NCBI GenBank assembly: GCA_965218205.1 | Contig: OZ244590.1 | Location: forward strand, 1,064,640-1,128,639 | Source of the DNA: Spirochaetia bacterium | Lineage (GTDB): Bacteria > Spirochaetota > Spirochaetia > WTKD01 > G963693115 | Length of the DNA: 64,000 bases | Direction: 5' to 3' | Shown: one piece after another, positions 32,953 to 42,831 of the stretch | Numbering within the stretch: the first letter of the stretch is position 1 | Layout: every line of letters starts with the position of its first letter | The notes under the pieces: model-generated | What the model saw: the letters and a program-made list of their open reading frames with translations, nothing else | Database searches by the model: none | What the model was told of the DNA's origin: nothing | Made by a program: the position numbers and the translations under genes

Positions 32953-34110
32953 ATGAAAGATAAGATAATAGAACCAATAGAAAATAAAACTGATGAATTT
33001 GATACATTTATAGCAAAAGCTGTAAATAAAAAAGAGGCACATACCCCTATAGAAAAGATTGATAAATCATTAGAAATAATAAGTAATTCTGAAAAAGACT
33101 TTATTGTTTATGCAAGTGATGATGGAAATATAAATGTAAGGGTATTGATAGATAAAGAAAATGAGACTATATGGCTTAATCAAAAACAATTAGCGACTTT
33201 ATTTGATGTTACTCCTCAAAATATTACTACTCATTTAAGAAATATTTTTGAAACTCAAGAATTAGAGGAAATTTCAACTTGTAAAGAAATTTTACAAGTT
33301 CAAATAGAAGGTAATAGAAAAATAAAACGAAATACGAAACATTATAATCTTGATGTAATAATATCACTTGGGTTTAGAATAAACTCATATAAAGCAACGA
33401 AATTTAGAATATGGGCAAGGGAAACTCTAAAGGAGTACACAATAAAAGGGTTTGTACTTGATGATGATAGATTAAAGCAAGGAGAGAATTTATTTGATAA
33501 AGATTATTTTGATGAGCTTTTAGAACGAATTAGAGATATTAGGGCATCAGAAAAAAGAGTCTATAGAAAAATAATAGAAATATATCATATATGTAGTGCT
33601 GATTATGATCCTAACTCTCCTATTACACGTACTTTCTATGCTCATGCTCAAAATAAATTAGAATTTGCTGTAATTGGTATGACAGCAGCTGAAATTATTA
33701 AAGAAAGAGCAAATTATAAATTACCACATATGGGATTAACAACTTGGAAACAACAAAAAACAGAAGGAAAAATATATACATATGATGTAGTTGTAGCTAA
33801 GAATTATATGACAGAAGAAGAAATAAGTAACTTAAATTTATTGGTAGATCAGTTTTTAGATTTTGCAGAAGGGTTAGCAAGAAGAAAAGTAGTTATGTAT
33901 ATGAAAGATTGGGCAGAAAAATTAAATGATTTCTTAAAACTTAATGAATATGAGGTGTTGCAAAATTTTGGAAAAGTGTCTGCAGATATAGCAAAAAACT
34001 TTGCTATAGAACAATTTAATTTATATAAACCTACTCAGGAGAAAAATCATAAGACAGAATTTGATAAATTTGTAGAAAAAACTAAAAGAAGGAAAAGAAA
34101 AAAATTATGA
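32953..34110 (+). CDS. RhuM family protein
   Basis: ETIWLNQKQLATLF, HYNLDVIISLGFRINS..ATKFRIWA, LLERIRDIRASEK motifs. Confidence 0.9.
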   Translation: MKDKIIEPIENKTDEFDTFIAKAVNKKEAHTPIEKIDKSLEIISNSEKDFIVYASDDGNINVRVLIDKENETIWLNQKQLATLFDVTPQNITTHLRNIFETQELEEISTCKEILQVQIEGNRKIKRNTKHYNLDVIISLGFRINSYKATKFRIWARETLKEYTIKGFVLDDDRLKQGENLFDKDYFDELLERIRDIRASEKRVYRKIIEIYHICSADYDPNSPITRTFYAHAQNKLEFAVIGMTAAEIIKERANYKLPHMGLTTWKQQKTEGKIYTYDVVVAKNYMTEEEISNLNLLVDQFLDFAEGLARRKVVMYMKDWAEKLNDFLKLNEYEVLQNFGKVSADIAKNFAIEQFNLYKPTQEKNHKTEFDKFVEKTKRRKRKKL

Positions 34111-34211
34111 AAAACAAAATATGATGAAAATGATACTATTACTATGTAGAAATGGCATTTTGTATAAACGAAAACATAGTATATATGTAAATAAAATAGA
34201 GAGGATAAGCA

Positions 34212-36041
34212 ATGATAGATAAAACACAAGCACAGCAGCATGGAATAAACACCATAGACAGCACACATACACAAAGTACGCACAAAGACGAAACAATAGA
34301 GAAGCTGAAAAAACTCATTCCAGAGATAGTAAGTTCTGATGGACAGCTAAACACAGAAGCACTGAAAGATGTGATAGATATTTCACACACTACTGCCAAC
34401 AACAAAGGCTATGAGCTTACCTTTGCAGGCAAGGGCATTGCGAAAGCAAAAGCAAGCAGTGAGACGAAATATGAGTTACAAGTAGAGCATACGCAAAGCA
34501 AACAATTTGAGACTACAGGAAACGTGGTAATACGTGGTGATAATATAGAAGTATTGAAAATACTTAAACAAAACTACTTTGGGAAAATAAAAATGATCTA
34601 TATTGATCCACCATATAATACTAAAAGTGAAAATTTTATTTATAATGATAATTTCAAGAAAAGTGAAGAGGAGTTGATTGAGAATTTTGGTTTAGATGAA
34701 AATACTACCAATTTTTTACACAATGTATATGGAACAAAAAGCCATAGCGGATGGCTTGCTTTTATGTACCCACGCTTGAAACTTGCAAGAGAATTACTCA
34801 CAGAGGATGGCGTTATTTTCATAAGTATTGATGATAACGAACAAGCAAACTTAAAAATTCTATGTGATGAAATTTTTGGTGAGGAGAATTTTGTGATGGA
34901 TCTAATTCGTAAAACAAAATCTACTACAAATGATGCAAAAGAAGGTATAAATATCCAGCATGAAAATTGTTTACTTTATGCTAAAAGTAAAAATGAAATT
35001 AATTTATTTGGTAGACAAAAAAATTTATCAAATTATAAAAATCCTGATAATGATCCTAATAGTGATTGGGTAAGTGCTGATCCTTCAGCAAAAAGTGGCA
35101 ATGCTACAAACTATTTTGAGATTAGAAACCCTTACACAGGAAAAATTGATTTACCTCCTAAAGGTAGGTATTGGATATGGACACAAAACACCATTCAAAA
35201 GTATATAGAAAATGGTACTATCCTTTTTAAAAAGGAGCATAAAAACAATGAGCGAGGATTTATCTATAAACGATATAAGAACCAATTGCGTACAGCCCAA
35301 AGGACTTTGGATAGTTTGGCTTTTATAGATAATCAATTTATGAATCAAACAGCTACCAAAAATTTATTAGATTTAGATTTAGCTGAATATTTTTCTTATC
35401 CAAAGGGCTATGAATATATTTATAATTTGATACAACATGCTACGAATAAAAACGACATCATCCTAGACTTTTTCGCAGGCTCTGGTACTACAGGCGATGC
35501 GGTAATGCAACTCAATGCTGACGATGGTGGTAATAGAAAATTTATTTTAGTGCAGTGGGATGAAGTCATAAGAGAAGATAGCGAAGCATATACATTTTGT
35601 ACAGAAAATAACTTTGAAACTGTCATATCAAGCATTACTATAGAACGCTTACATCGTGCAGGAGAAAAAATAAAAGCAGACAAAGAAGCAGATACATTGG
35701 ATATAGGCTATAGAGTGTTTTCTCTTACCCCTAAACCACAGCTTATTGAAGATGAAAACAAAATATTCCAATTAGAACATGCCCGTACAAGCACGATACA
35801 TACACTTATAAATATGCTATGTGCTACAGGCAAACCTCTGCACAGTACTATCGAAGAGAAAGAAAAAGACATCCTATACAGTGTCGATGACACGATATTT
35901 GTGCTAGGTAATATAAGCAGTAGTATAGTAGAGGATATGAAAGATAAAATGATTTACATTGATGGATATAGTAACATATCTTTAGAGCATTGGCTAAACT
36001 TAAATATAGCAAATAGAGATACTATAAAGATAGTGTATTAG
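34212..36041 (+). CDS. mod: Type III R-M DNA methyltransferase Mod
   Basis: IYIDPPYN, WLAFMYPRL, FISIDDNE, ILDFFAGSGTTG (beta-class N6-MTase). Confidence 0.95.
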   Translation: MIDKTQAQQHGINTIDSTHTQSTHKDETIEKLKKLIPEIVSSDGQLNTEALKDVIDISHTTANNKGYELTFAGKGIAKAKASSETKYELQVEHTQSKQFETTGNVVIRGDNIEVLKILKQNYFGKIKMIYIDPPYNTKSENFIYNDNFKKSEEELIENFGLDENTTNFLHNVYGTKSHSGWLAFMYPRLKLARELLTEDGVIFISIDDNEQANLKILCDEIFGEENFVMDLIRKTKSTTNDAKEGINIQHENCLLYAKSKNEINLFGRQKNLSNYKNPDNDPNSDWVSADPSAKSGNATNYFEIRNPYTGKIDLPPKGRYWIWTQNTIQKYIENGTILFKKEHKNNERGFIYKRYKNQLRTAQRTLDSLAFIDNQFMNQTATKNLLDLDLAEYFSYPKGYEYIYNLIQHATNKNDIILDFFAGSGTTGDAVMQLNADDGGNRKFILVQWDEVIREDSEAYTFCTENNFETVISSITIERLHRAGEKIKADKEADTLDIGYRVFSLTPKPQLIEDENKIFQLEHARTSTIHTLINMLCATGKPLHSTIEEKEKDILYSVDDTIFVLGNISSSIVEDMKDKMIYIDGYSNISLEHWLNLNIANRDTIKIVY

Positions 36042-36059
36042 AATGTAAAAGGAGTTAGC

Positions 36060-37760
36060 ATGAAAATTAATTTAGTTACAAGCAATAAATATTTTAGTGA
36101 AATAATAGGGAATAGTAAGCAATATGAGGTGCCAAAATATCAGCGTAGCTATTCTTGGGAAAGTGAACAGTTGGAAGACTTATGGGATGATTTAGAAATT
36201 ATGTATAATAATACTGATGACAAAGAGCGTGAAGAACACTATATGGGATACTTGGTATTAAAAGAAATTCAAGCTAATAAATTTGAGATCATTGATGGTC
36301 AGCAGCGTATTACAACACTGACACTCTTAGCACTGGCTGTTTTGCAAATTTTAAAAAAACAAAATGAAAAAGACAACTATTTTGATGATATTAAGAGAAA
36401 CATTATCATATATCGAAGAATGGGTACTCTTACCGAAGAATACAAACTCAAACTTAATAAAAATAACAATGACTATTATGAAGAACAATTAGTTTCCTTA
36501 AACGATAATCTAGAAAATCGAAACTTAACAGCTTCAAATAAGTTATTAAGAAAAGCAAAAGAATTTTTTGAAAAAAAATTAAAAGAAACAGCAATATTTC
36601 AAGATGAATCAAAAGAAAAATTATCTCCAGAAAAATTAGGATCTTTTTTAGATATTGTATTTGATGGTTTATTATTTACTGTTATCACTGTTAGAGATTA
36701 TGTAAATGCGTATAAAATTTTTGAAACCTTAAATGCGAGAGGAGTAGAGTTATCTATACCAGATTTATTAAAAAACTATCTTTTTTCCGTAGCTGATAAA
36801 TATAAACATCCAGAATCATTAATCGAGAAGTTAGAAAATAAATGGCATGATATAATTGAAATTTTAGAAGATTCTGATTTTACTAATTTTGTGAGAGTAC
36901 AATGGAATAGTTTACATAAATTTAATAAAAAAGCAGATCTTTTTAAAACTATAAGAAATGAAATTAAAGAGCCAAAAGATGCAAAAAATTATATTATAGC
37001 CATACATGAAGATGTGGATGCCTATGTATCATTACAGAATTATAAAGATAATATGTGGAAAGAATATACTGAGGAAGTAAAAGAATGTATACATATGTTT
37101 GATACATTTAATATTGTACAGCCTTTGGGAGCTTTGCTGAGAGCCTATAAAACATATCTTCAAAAAGAATTTGAAGGGTTTTGTAAATACTTATTAGCAT
37201 TTTGTATGCGATATAATGTTATTTGTAATTTGCCCCCTAATCAATTAGAGCCGTTTTATAGTAAGCTATCTCACAGCATATCCAAAAAGCCATCATTAAA
37301 CGATATTAAAATGAAATTTAAAAAATCATATGTTGACGATGATCAGTTTAAAGATCATTTCATTCATAAAGATATAACAAATTCTAAAAGAGCCACCTGT
37401 CTCTTTTCGGCTTTAGAAAACCATATAAGCGACAGTGACAAAATACATCCTGAAAATTATATACTAGAGCATATATTACCAAAAAAAGCACTAAACAATG
37501 ATCCTTATTGGGGTAAGCAATTTCCAAATTCAATACCACAGAATATCGGGAGATTGGGAAATCTTACTCTCTTAAGAAAGAAAGATAATAAAAAAGCAGG
37601 TAATAATTCTTTTCATGAAAAAAAGAAAATTTATAAAACAAATGGATTAAAAATTTCAGAAAAAATTTGTGAGTATGAAGATTGGAATCATAAGAGTATT
37701 TTAGACTATCAGCATTGGCTAGCAGACATAGCAGTAAAAAAATGGAAGATTCAATTTTAG
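36060..37760 (+). CDS. DUF262-DUF1524 (GmrSD-like) endonuclease
   Basis: VPKYQRSYSW, IIDGQQRITT, FETLNARG (DUF262); LEHILP...RLGNL (HNH-like DUF1524). Confidence 0.9.
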   Translation: MKINLVTSNKYFSEIIGNSKQYEVPKYQRSYSWESEQLEDLWDDLEIMYNNTDDKEREEHYMGYLVLKEIQANKFEIIDGQQRITTLTLLALAVLQILKKQNEKDNYFDDIKRNIIIYRRMGTLTEEYKLKLNKNNNDYYEEQLVSLNDNLENRNLTASNKLLRKAKEFFEKKLKETAIFQDESKEKLSPEKLGSFLDIVFDGLLFTVITVRDYVNAYKIFETLNARGVELSIPDLLKNYLFSVADKYKHPESLIEKLENKWHDIIEILEDSDFTNFVRVQWNSLHKFNKKADLFKTIRNEIKEPKDAKNYIIAIHEDVDAYVSLQNYKDNMWKEYTEEVKECIHMFDTFNIVQPLGALLRAYKTYLQKEFEGFCKYLLAFCMRYNVICNLPPNQLEPFYSKLSHSISKKPSLNDIKMKFKKSYVDDDQFKDHFIHKDITNSKRATCLFSALENHISDSDKIHPENYILEHILPKKALNNDPYWGKQFPNSIPQNIGRLGNLTLLRKKDNKKAGNNSFHEKKKIYKTNGLKISEKICEYEDWNHKSILDYQHWLADIAVKKWKIQF

Positions 37761-37898
37761 TGTAATTCACAATACTAAGTCTCCGTATTTCTCTCTTTGT
37801 ATGCCTCTACATCCATAATAGTAATTGACTATCATCCAAAAAAAGAAGCATACATATACATATATCATCTAAAAAACCATTGCAATTTCCATCTCAAA

Positions 37899-39114
37899 TG
37901 TAGTTTTACCGTTTCGTGTGACCCCCCAAAATCCATGATAGTAATTATACTATCATGGAAATAACAAACAAAAATAAAAAAAAAGGGGGTGAGTACATGA
38001 TATACTCTACACTTTATAATACAAGAAATCAAAAAGAACTGCATAAAGTACGCTTAGCTATAGCACTTTCTGCAAAAGAACACGGTATCAAAAGTACTGC
38101 TCGTATCTTTCATATATCTCCTAATACCGTACGCAAATGGCTGCAAAGATACAAAGAGAAGCCGAAAGCTATGCTCTATGATAGGCGTCCTGCTTCAGTA
38201 GAACATCCTAATACCATGATACCTTACTATCAGTTAAAACTCAAAGAGATATGCGAAACATTACAGCACTATCATCAACGATGTATTGCCTCTCATATAA
38301 AACGAGAGTATGCCATTCCTTATTCCATAAAGACTATCATTAAGCATCTGAGAAAGATGGGGTTTTTTAAGACACATAAAAAGCAAAAAGCAGAAAAGAA
38401 ACAAGAGGCACGCCTATGGAAGCAACTGCTGCAGTTTTGTCAAAAAATACAAGTAGATATTAAATATCTTACCGATATCCCTGAATTATACTTCTCATTA
38501 CGCAAATTTTGCCTCCCAAAGTATCAAATTACCGCACGCGATGTTGCTACAGGGGCTTTATGGATATGCTTTGCCACTCAAAAAAGCTCTTCTCATACCG
38601 CTTTGTTTATTGAATATCTGCTTACTCATCTTGCTTCTTTTCACGTTGATACTTCCTCTATTACTATTCAAACTGATAATGGCTCTGAGTTTATCTCAGG
38701 GGCTTTTAGTACTAAACAATCTGCTTTTGTTGCTTCTCTTGCAGCATACGAGGCACACCATACTACTATCCCATATGCTTCTCCTACTTACAATTCTGAT
38801 GTCGAGGCTTCTCATAAACTTATTGAAACTGAATGCTATGCAAAAATGCAGAATCCTACTCTCAGTACTTTTTTACTCAAAAGTGCTGAGTATCAATATA
38901 GCTTTAATCATCAACGCCATAACTCTTATAAACACGGCTCTCCTGCTTTGTTGCTCAAAGAAAAAAGTCCTTCTCTGGATCCTTGTGTACTTACTCTGCG
39001 CCCTCTTATTGTTGATACTTTCCTTACTAAACGAACATTACACACTTGGCATAATAGAAATTTTGCAGTATACTGATTTTATCAAAAGGGTTCACACGAA
39101 ACGGTAAAACTACA
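37899..39114 (+). mobile_element. IS481-family insertion sequence, 1216 bp
   Basis: Perfect 23-bp terminal inverted repeats TGTAGTTTTACCGTTTCGTGTGA (37899-37921 and 39092-39114) with TGT...ACA ends; single transposase ORF. Confidence 0.9.
37997..39076 (+). CDS. IS481-family DDE transposase
   Basis: N-terminal HTH (TARIFHISPNTVRKW); QVDIKY, QTDNGSEF, DVEASH DDE triad; alternative start at 37955. Confidence 0.9.
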   Translation: MIYSTLYNTRNQKELHKVRLAIALSAKEHGIKSTARIFHISPNTVRKWLQRYKEKPKAMLYDRRPASVEHPNTMIPYYQLKLKEICETLQHYHQRCIASHIKREYAIPYSIKTIIKHLRKMGFFKTHKKQKAEKKQEARLWKQLLQFCQKIQVDIKYLTDIPELYFSLRKFCLPKYQITARDVATGALWICFATQKSSSHTALFIEYLLTHLASFHVDTSSITIQTDNGSEFISGAFSTKQSAFVASLAAYEAHHTTIPYASPTYNSDVEASHKLIETECYAKMQNPTLSTFLLKSAEYQYSFNHQRHNSYKHGSPALLLKEKSPSLDPCVLTLRPLIVDTFLTKRTLHTWHNRNFAVY

Positions 39115-39191
39115 ATTTTGTATAAATGAAAATAATAACATGATACAAAAACAGCATTTTGTATAAATGTACAGAGGAGTTGCTAGGAATT

Positions 39192-41387
39192 ATGATTAAA
39201 AAAATAACGATAAATAATATAGCAAGCTACAAAGAAGAAGCTTCTTTAGAGACTGACAAGAAAGTAAATCTTATTTATGGACAAAATGGTACAGGTAAAA
39301 CAATTTTATCCAGTTATTTACAGGATATAGAAAATAATGAATCTCAAAGTTTTAAGGCTAAAGGATTTGATGCAAACAAGCAAAAGATATTAGTATATAA
39401 CCAAAAATTTGTAGAAGAGAATTTTTATGAAAGTGAAACACAAAAAGGAATTTTTACCTTAGCTAAAGATAATAAGGAAGCATTAACAAATATAGACGAT
39501 GCAATACAAAAAAAGAAAGAACTGGAAAGTAAATTACAGGAGAAAGAAAATGCTTCAGAATATAAGGGAAAGGAAATATCACAGAATCGTAGTACAGCAA
39601 TAGAAAATATTTGGGAAATAAAGAAAGAATATGAACATGGTGTATTTGATTTCTGTTTAGATGGATATAAGAAGAAAAAAGATAAATTATTTGAACATTT
39701 GCTAGCTACTGAGCCAGAAGAACCAACTAAAACTATTGAAAGTATAGAAGAAGAGTTATCAGAATTAGGTGAAGGAGCGACTACAAGAGAAAAATTAAAA
39801 GAAATCACCTATGACAATAATGTAGAAGGTAATCAGATTTTTCAAGAAGAAATTATAGGTAATGAAAATAGTGTAGTTTCTGGTCTAATAAAAGAATTAA
39901 AAAACGCTGATTGGGTTAAAAAAGGTTTGGAATATGCTAAATGGCAAGAAAGAGAGAATTGCCCTTTTTGTCAAGAGAAGACTATAACTAAAGAACTGGT
40001 AAGTGAGATTGAAAGCTATTTTGATAAGACATATGAAGAAAAGATTAATCAAATAAAAGATTTAGAAACCGAATACCAAAATTTTAGGAATAATCTAAAA
40101 TTAGATAGTTATGAAAGAGATTTTTTCAAAGACGATCAGAATTTAGAAATTGAAAAATCATTTAGTAGTGTAACTAAAATTTTAGATGATAATTTGAAGC
40201 AAATTGAGGAAAAAATAAGTCAGCCAAGCCAGACAGTAAATTTACAATCAAGTAAAAAAGCAATACAGGATTTTAATAAAATAATCCAAAATAGAAATAA
40301 AGAGATTGAAGCATTTAATATAAAATTAACAAATAAAGAGAAGATAATTCAAGGATTAAAAGACGATTTTTGGAAAATTCAAAGAAAAAAATATGACAGA
40401 GATATTTCTGACTATAATAATAAAAAACGAACATTAAAAAATGAGCTAGATAATATAGACAAACAAATTGAAGCTATAAACAAACAAATTAACGAACAAG
40501 ATGGAATTATTAAAGAAAATTTAGAAAAAACAACCAATATAGAAACTGTAATTAACAAAATTAATAACCATTTACGCAAAAATTTTGGAATAGAAGATTT
40601 TAAGATTGTAAAGAATGATGAAAAAACTTATAAGATTAAGAGAACAGGAGAAGATGAAACTAAATTTAAATCACTAAGTGAAGGAGAAAAAACCGTTATC
40701 AGCTTTCTGTATTTTGTAGAGTTATGTATTGGAAAAGAAAATCCAGAAGACATTAAAGAAAAAATTATTGTAATTGATGATCCTATTTCAAGTTTAACAC
40801 ATACATTTATCTTCAGTATAGCACAGCTTATTAAAAAGCATTTTACAAAAAACAATGACGAAGAGAGCGGGATTGTACAATGTTTTATTTTGACGCACAA
40901 TCTGTATTTTTTCCATGAACTAGTAGATAAAGTATATAAAGATAAAAAAGAAAAAGAAGAAAAAGAAGAAAAAGAAGAAAAAGAAGAAAAACAAAAGCTA
41001 TTTAGAATTACCAAATCAAATAGCATAAGTAAGATTAAAGAAATGAAACATAATGAAATCCAAAATGAATATGATTCTTACTGGGATATAGTGAAAAGAA
41101 AAAATGAAGCAGATAGGTTTATAATAGCTAATGCTATGAGAAATATCATAGAACATTTTTTTGGTTTCGTTGATAAAGCAGAAAGTATAAATAATATTTT
41201 TCAAAAACCAGAATTTGAAGATATTAAATATCAATCCTTTAGAAGATACATAGAGAGAGAATCACACTCCGATAGAACCAATATTAGTGGCAGCAAAGAA
41301 TTTGATATAGAAATGTTTAAGAAGGCATTTAAACAGGTTTTTAAAGTAGCAGGTTATGAAAACCATTATGACAAATACATTAAATGA
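39192..41387 (+). CDS. RloC-like AAA_13/SMC ATPase with C-terminal HEPN-like nuclease
   Basis: GQNGTGKT, coiled coil with CPFC zinc hook, LSEGE signature, IVIDDP, LTHN; C-terminal RNIIEHF...RYIERESH. Confidence 0.8.
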   Translation: MIKKITINNIASYKEEASLETDKKVNLIYGQNGTGKTILSSYLQDIENNESQSFKAKGFDANKQKILVYNQKFVEENFYESETQKGIFTLAKDNKEALTNIDDAIQKKKELESKLQEKENASEYKGKEISQNRSTAIENIWEIKKEYEHGVFDFCLDGYKKKKDKLFEHLLATEPEEPTKTIESIEEELSELGEGATTREKLKEITYDNNVEGNQIFQEEIIGNENSVVSGLIKELKNADWVKKGLEYAKWQERENCPFCQEKTITKELVSEIESYFDKTYEEKINQIKDLETEYQNFRNNLKLDSYERDFFKDDQNLEIEKSFSSVTKILDDNLKQIEEKISQPSQTVNLQSSKKAIQDFNKIIQNRNKEIEAFNIKLTNKEKIIQGLKDDFWKIQRKKYDRDISDYNNKKRTLKNELDNIDKQIEAINKQINEQDGIIKENLEKTTNIETVINKINNHLRKNFGIEDFKIVKNDEKTYKIKRTGEDETKFKSLSEGEKTVISFLYFVELCIGKENPEDIKEKIIVIDDPISSLTHTFIFSIAQLIKKHFTKNNDEESGIVQCFILTHNLYFFHELVDKVYKDKKEKEEKEEKEEKEEKQKLFRITKSNSISKIKEMKHNEIQNEYDSYWDIVKRKNEADRFIIANAMRNIIEHFFGFVDKAESINNIFQKPEFEDIKYQSFRRYIERESHSDRTNISGSKEFDIEMFKKAFKQVFKVAGYENHYDKYIK

Positions 41388-41481
41388 AAAAAAATATTTC
41401 AATTAGAACATCCACCTCCTCCACCCCCCATAACTTCAATACATGATATAATAATAGTATATATATTTACGGAGGATGTGT

Positions 41482-42795
41482 ATGATTCAATATGTAAAAA
41501 AAGCATTGCAAGTAAGTGATATAGGGCATGTTGATACAAAAGTAAAAGAAACAGTAGAGTCTATCTTACAAGACATTACCCAACGAAAAGATAATGCAGT
41601 AAGAGAGCTTTCACAGAAATTTGATAACTTTAATCCGCCTCAGTTTAGACTGAGTGAGCAGGAAATACAACACTGTCTTTCACAGGTAACGAAAGAGGAC
41701 ATGGAAGATATCACCTTTGCGTACAATCAGATTAAGTACTTTGCAGAACAACAAAAAGCCATGTTTAAGGACATAGAGGTAGAGCCTTATCCTGGAGTTA
41801 TTCTTGGTCATAAAAACATTCCTGTAAATTCTGTTGGATGTTATGTGCCAGGGGGAACGCACCCATTTATAGCTTCTTGTTTTATGAGCATCCTCACAGC
41901 TAAAGTTGCTGGAGTAAAACGCATAGTAGCGTGTGCACCACCGCAAAACGGAAAGCCTCATCCTCTTGTCATTGCTGCTATGCATTTATCAGGAGCAGAC
42001 GAGATATATCTTCTTGGGGGAGTGCAGGCCGTTGCAGCTATGGCAATAGGTACAGAAGAAATAGCACCTGTAGACATGATTGTAGGTCCAGGAAATGCCT
42101 TTGTAGCAGAAGCAAAACGACAGCTCTTTGGAAGAGTTGGCATAGACTTACTAGCAGGCCCCACCGAAACCCTAGTTATTGCAGATGACACAGTTGATGC
42201 CGAGCTATGTGCTACTGACTTATTAGGGCAAGCAGAGCATGGTCCTACTTCTCCTGCAATATTACTGACAAACTCAAAAAAGCTAGCAGAAGAAACAGTA
42301 AAAGAAATCGATCGCTTATTGACCATACTTCCTACTGCAGATGTTGCAAAAATAGCTTGGCAAAACTATGGCGAAATTATTGTATGCGATACATACGAGG
42401 AAATGCTTGCTGAATCTGAGCGTATTGCATCAGAACATGTGCAAGTGATGACCAATCGTGATGATTGGTTTTTGGAGCATATGGTGAACTATGGAGGACT
42501 CTTTATTGGTGAGCGTACTAATGTTGCATATGGAGATAAGGTGATAGGAACTAATCATACCTTGCCTACCCGTAAAGCAGGACGTTACACAGGAGGACTC
42601 TGGGTAGGAAAATTCATTAAAACGCACAGTTATCAACGAGTGACAAGTGATGAAGCCACAGTACATATTGGAGAGTACTGCTCAAGAATCTGCCATATGG
42701 AAGGCTTTGCAGGACATGCAGAGCAAGCGAATATACGACTTCGTAGATATGGCAAAAAAGATGTTCCGTATGGTACTCCTGCCACAAAAAAATAA
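41482..42795 (+). CDS. HisD-family dehydrogenase, HpsN (sulfopropanediol dehydrogenase)-like
   Basis: [47 protein letters not shown]; no other his genes nearby. Confidence 0.8.
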   Translation: MIQYVKKALQVSDIGHVDTKVKETVESILQDITQRKDNAVRELSQKFDNFNPPQFRLSEQEIQHCLSQVTKEDMEDITFAYNQIKYFAEQQKAMFKDIEVEPYPGVILGHKNIPVNSVGCYVPGGTHPFIASCFMSILTAKVAGVKRIVACAPPQNGKPHPLVIAAMHLSGADEIYLLGGVQAVAAMAIGTEEIAPVDMIVGPGNAFVAEAKRQLFGRVGIDLLAGPTETLVIADDTVDAELCATDLLGQAEHGPTSPAILLTNSKKLAEETVKEIDRLLTILPTADVAKIAWQNYGEIIVCDTYEEMLAESERIASEHVQVMTNRDDWFLEHMVNYGGLFIGERTNVAYGDKVIGTNHTLPTRKAGRYTGGLWVGKFIKTHSYQRVTSDEATVHIGEYCSRICHMEGFAGHAEQANIRLRRYGKKDVPYGTPATKK

Positions 42796-42831
42796 TGCAA
42801 AAAATAACAGTAAGGAGCTATAGCTTACACT

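Noticed and set aside
34212..34300. Phase-variable simple repeat at the 5' end of mod (phasevarion)
   Set aside because: The region is CA-rich but has no perfect tandem tract.
38541..39107. 188-aa Leu-rich alternate-frame ORF inside the transposase
   Set aside because: Shadow frame; the main frame already holds the complete HTH and DDE triad.
41482..42795. Labelling the gene hisD (histidine biosynthesis)
   Set aside because: No his operon context; motifs and SDR/transporter neighbours fit the HpsN-like paralogue better, so no symbol was given.
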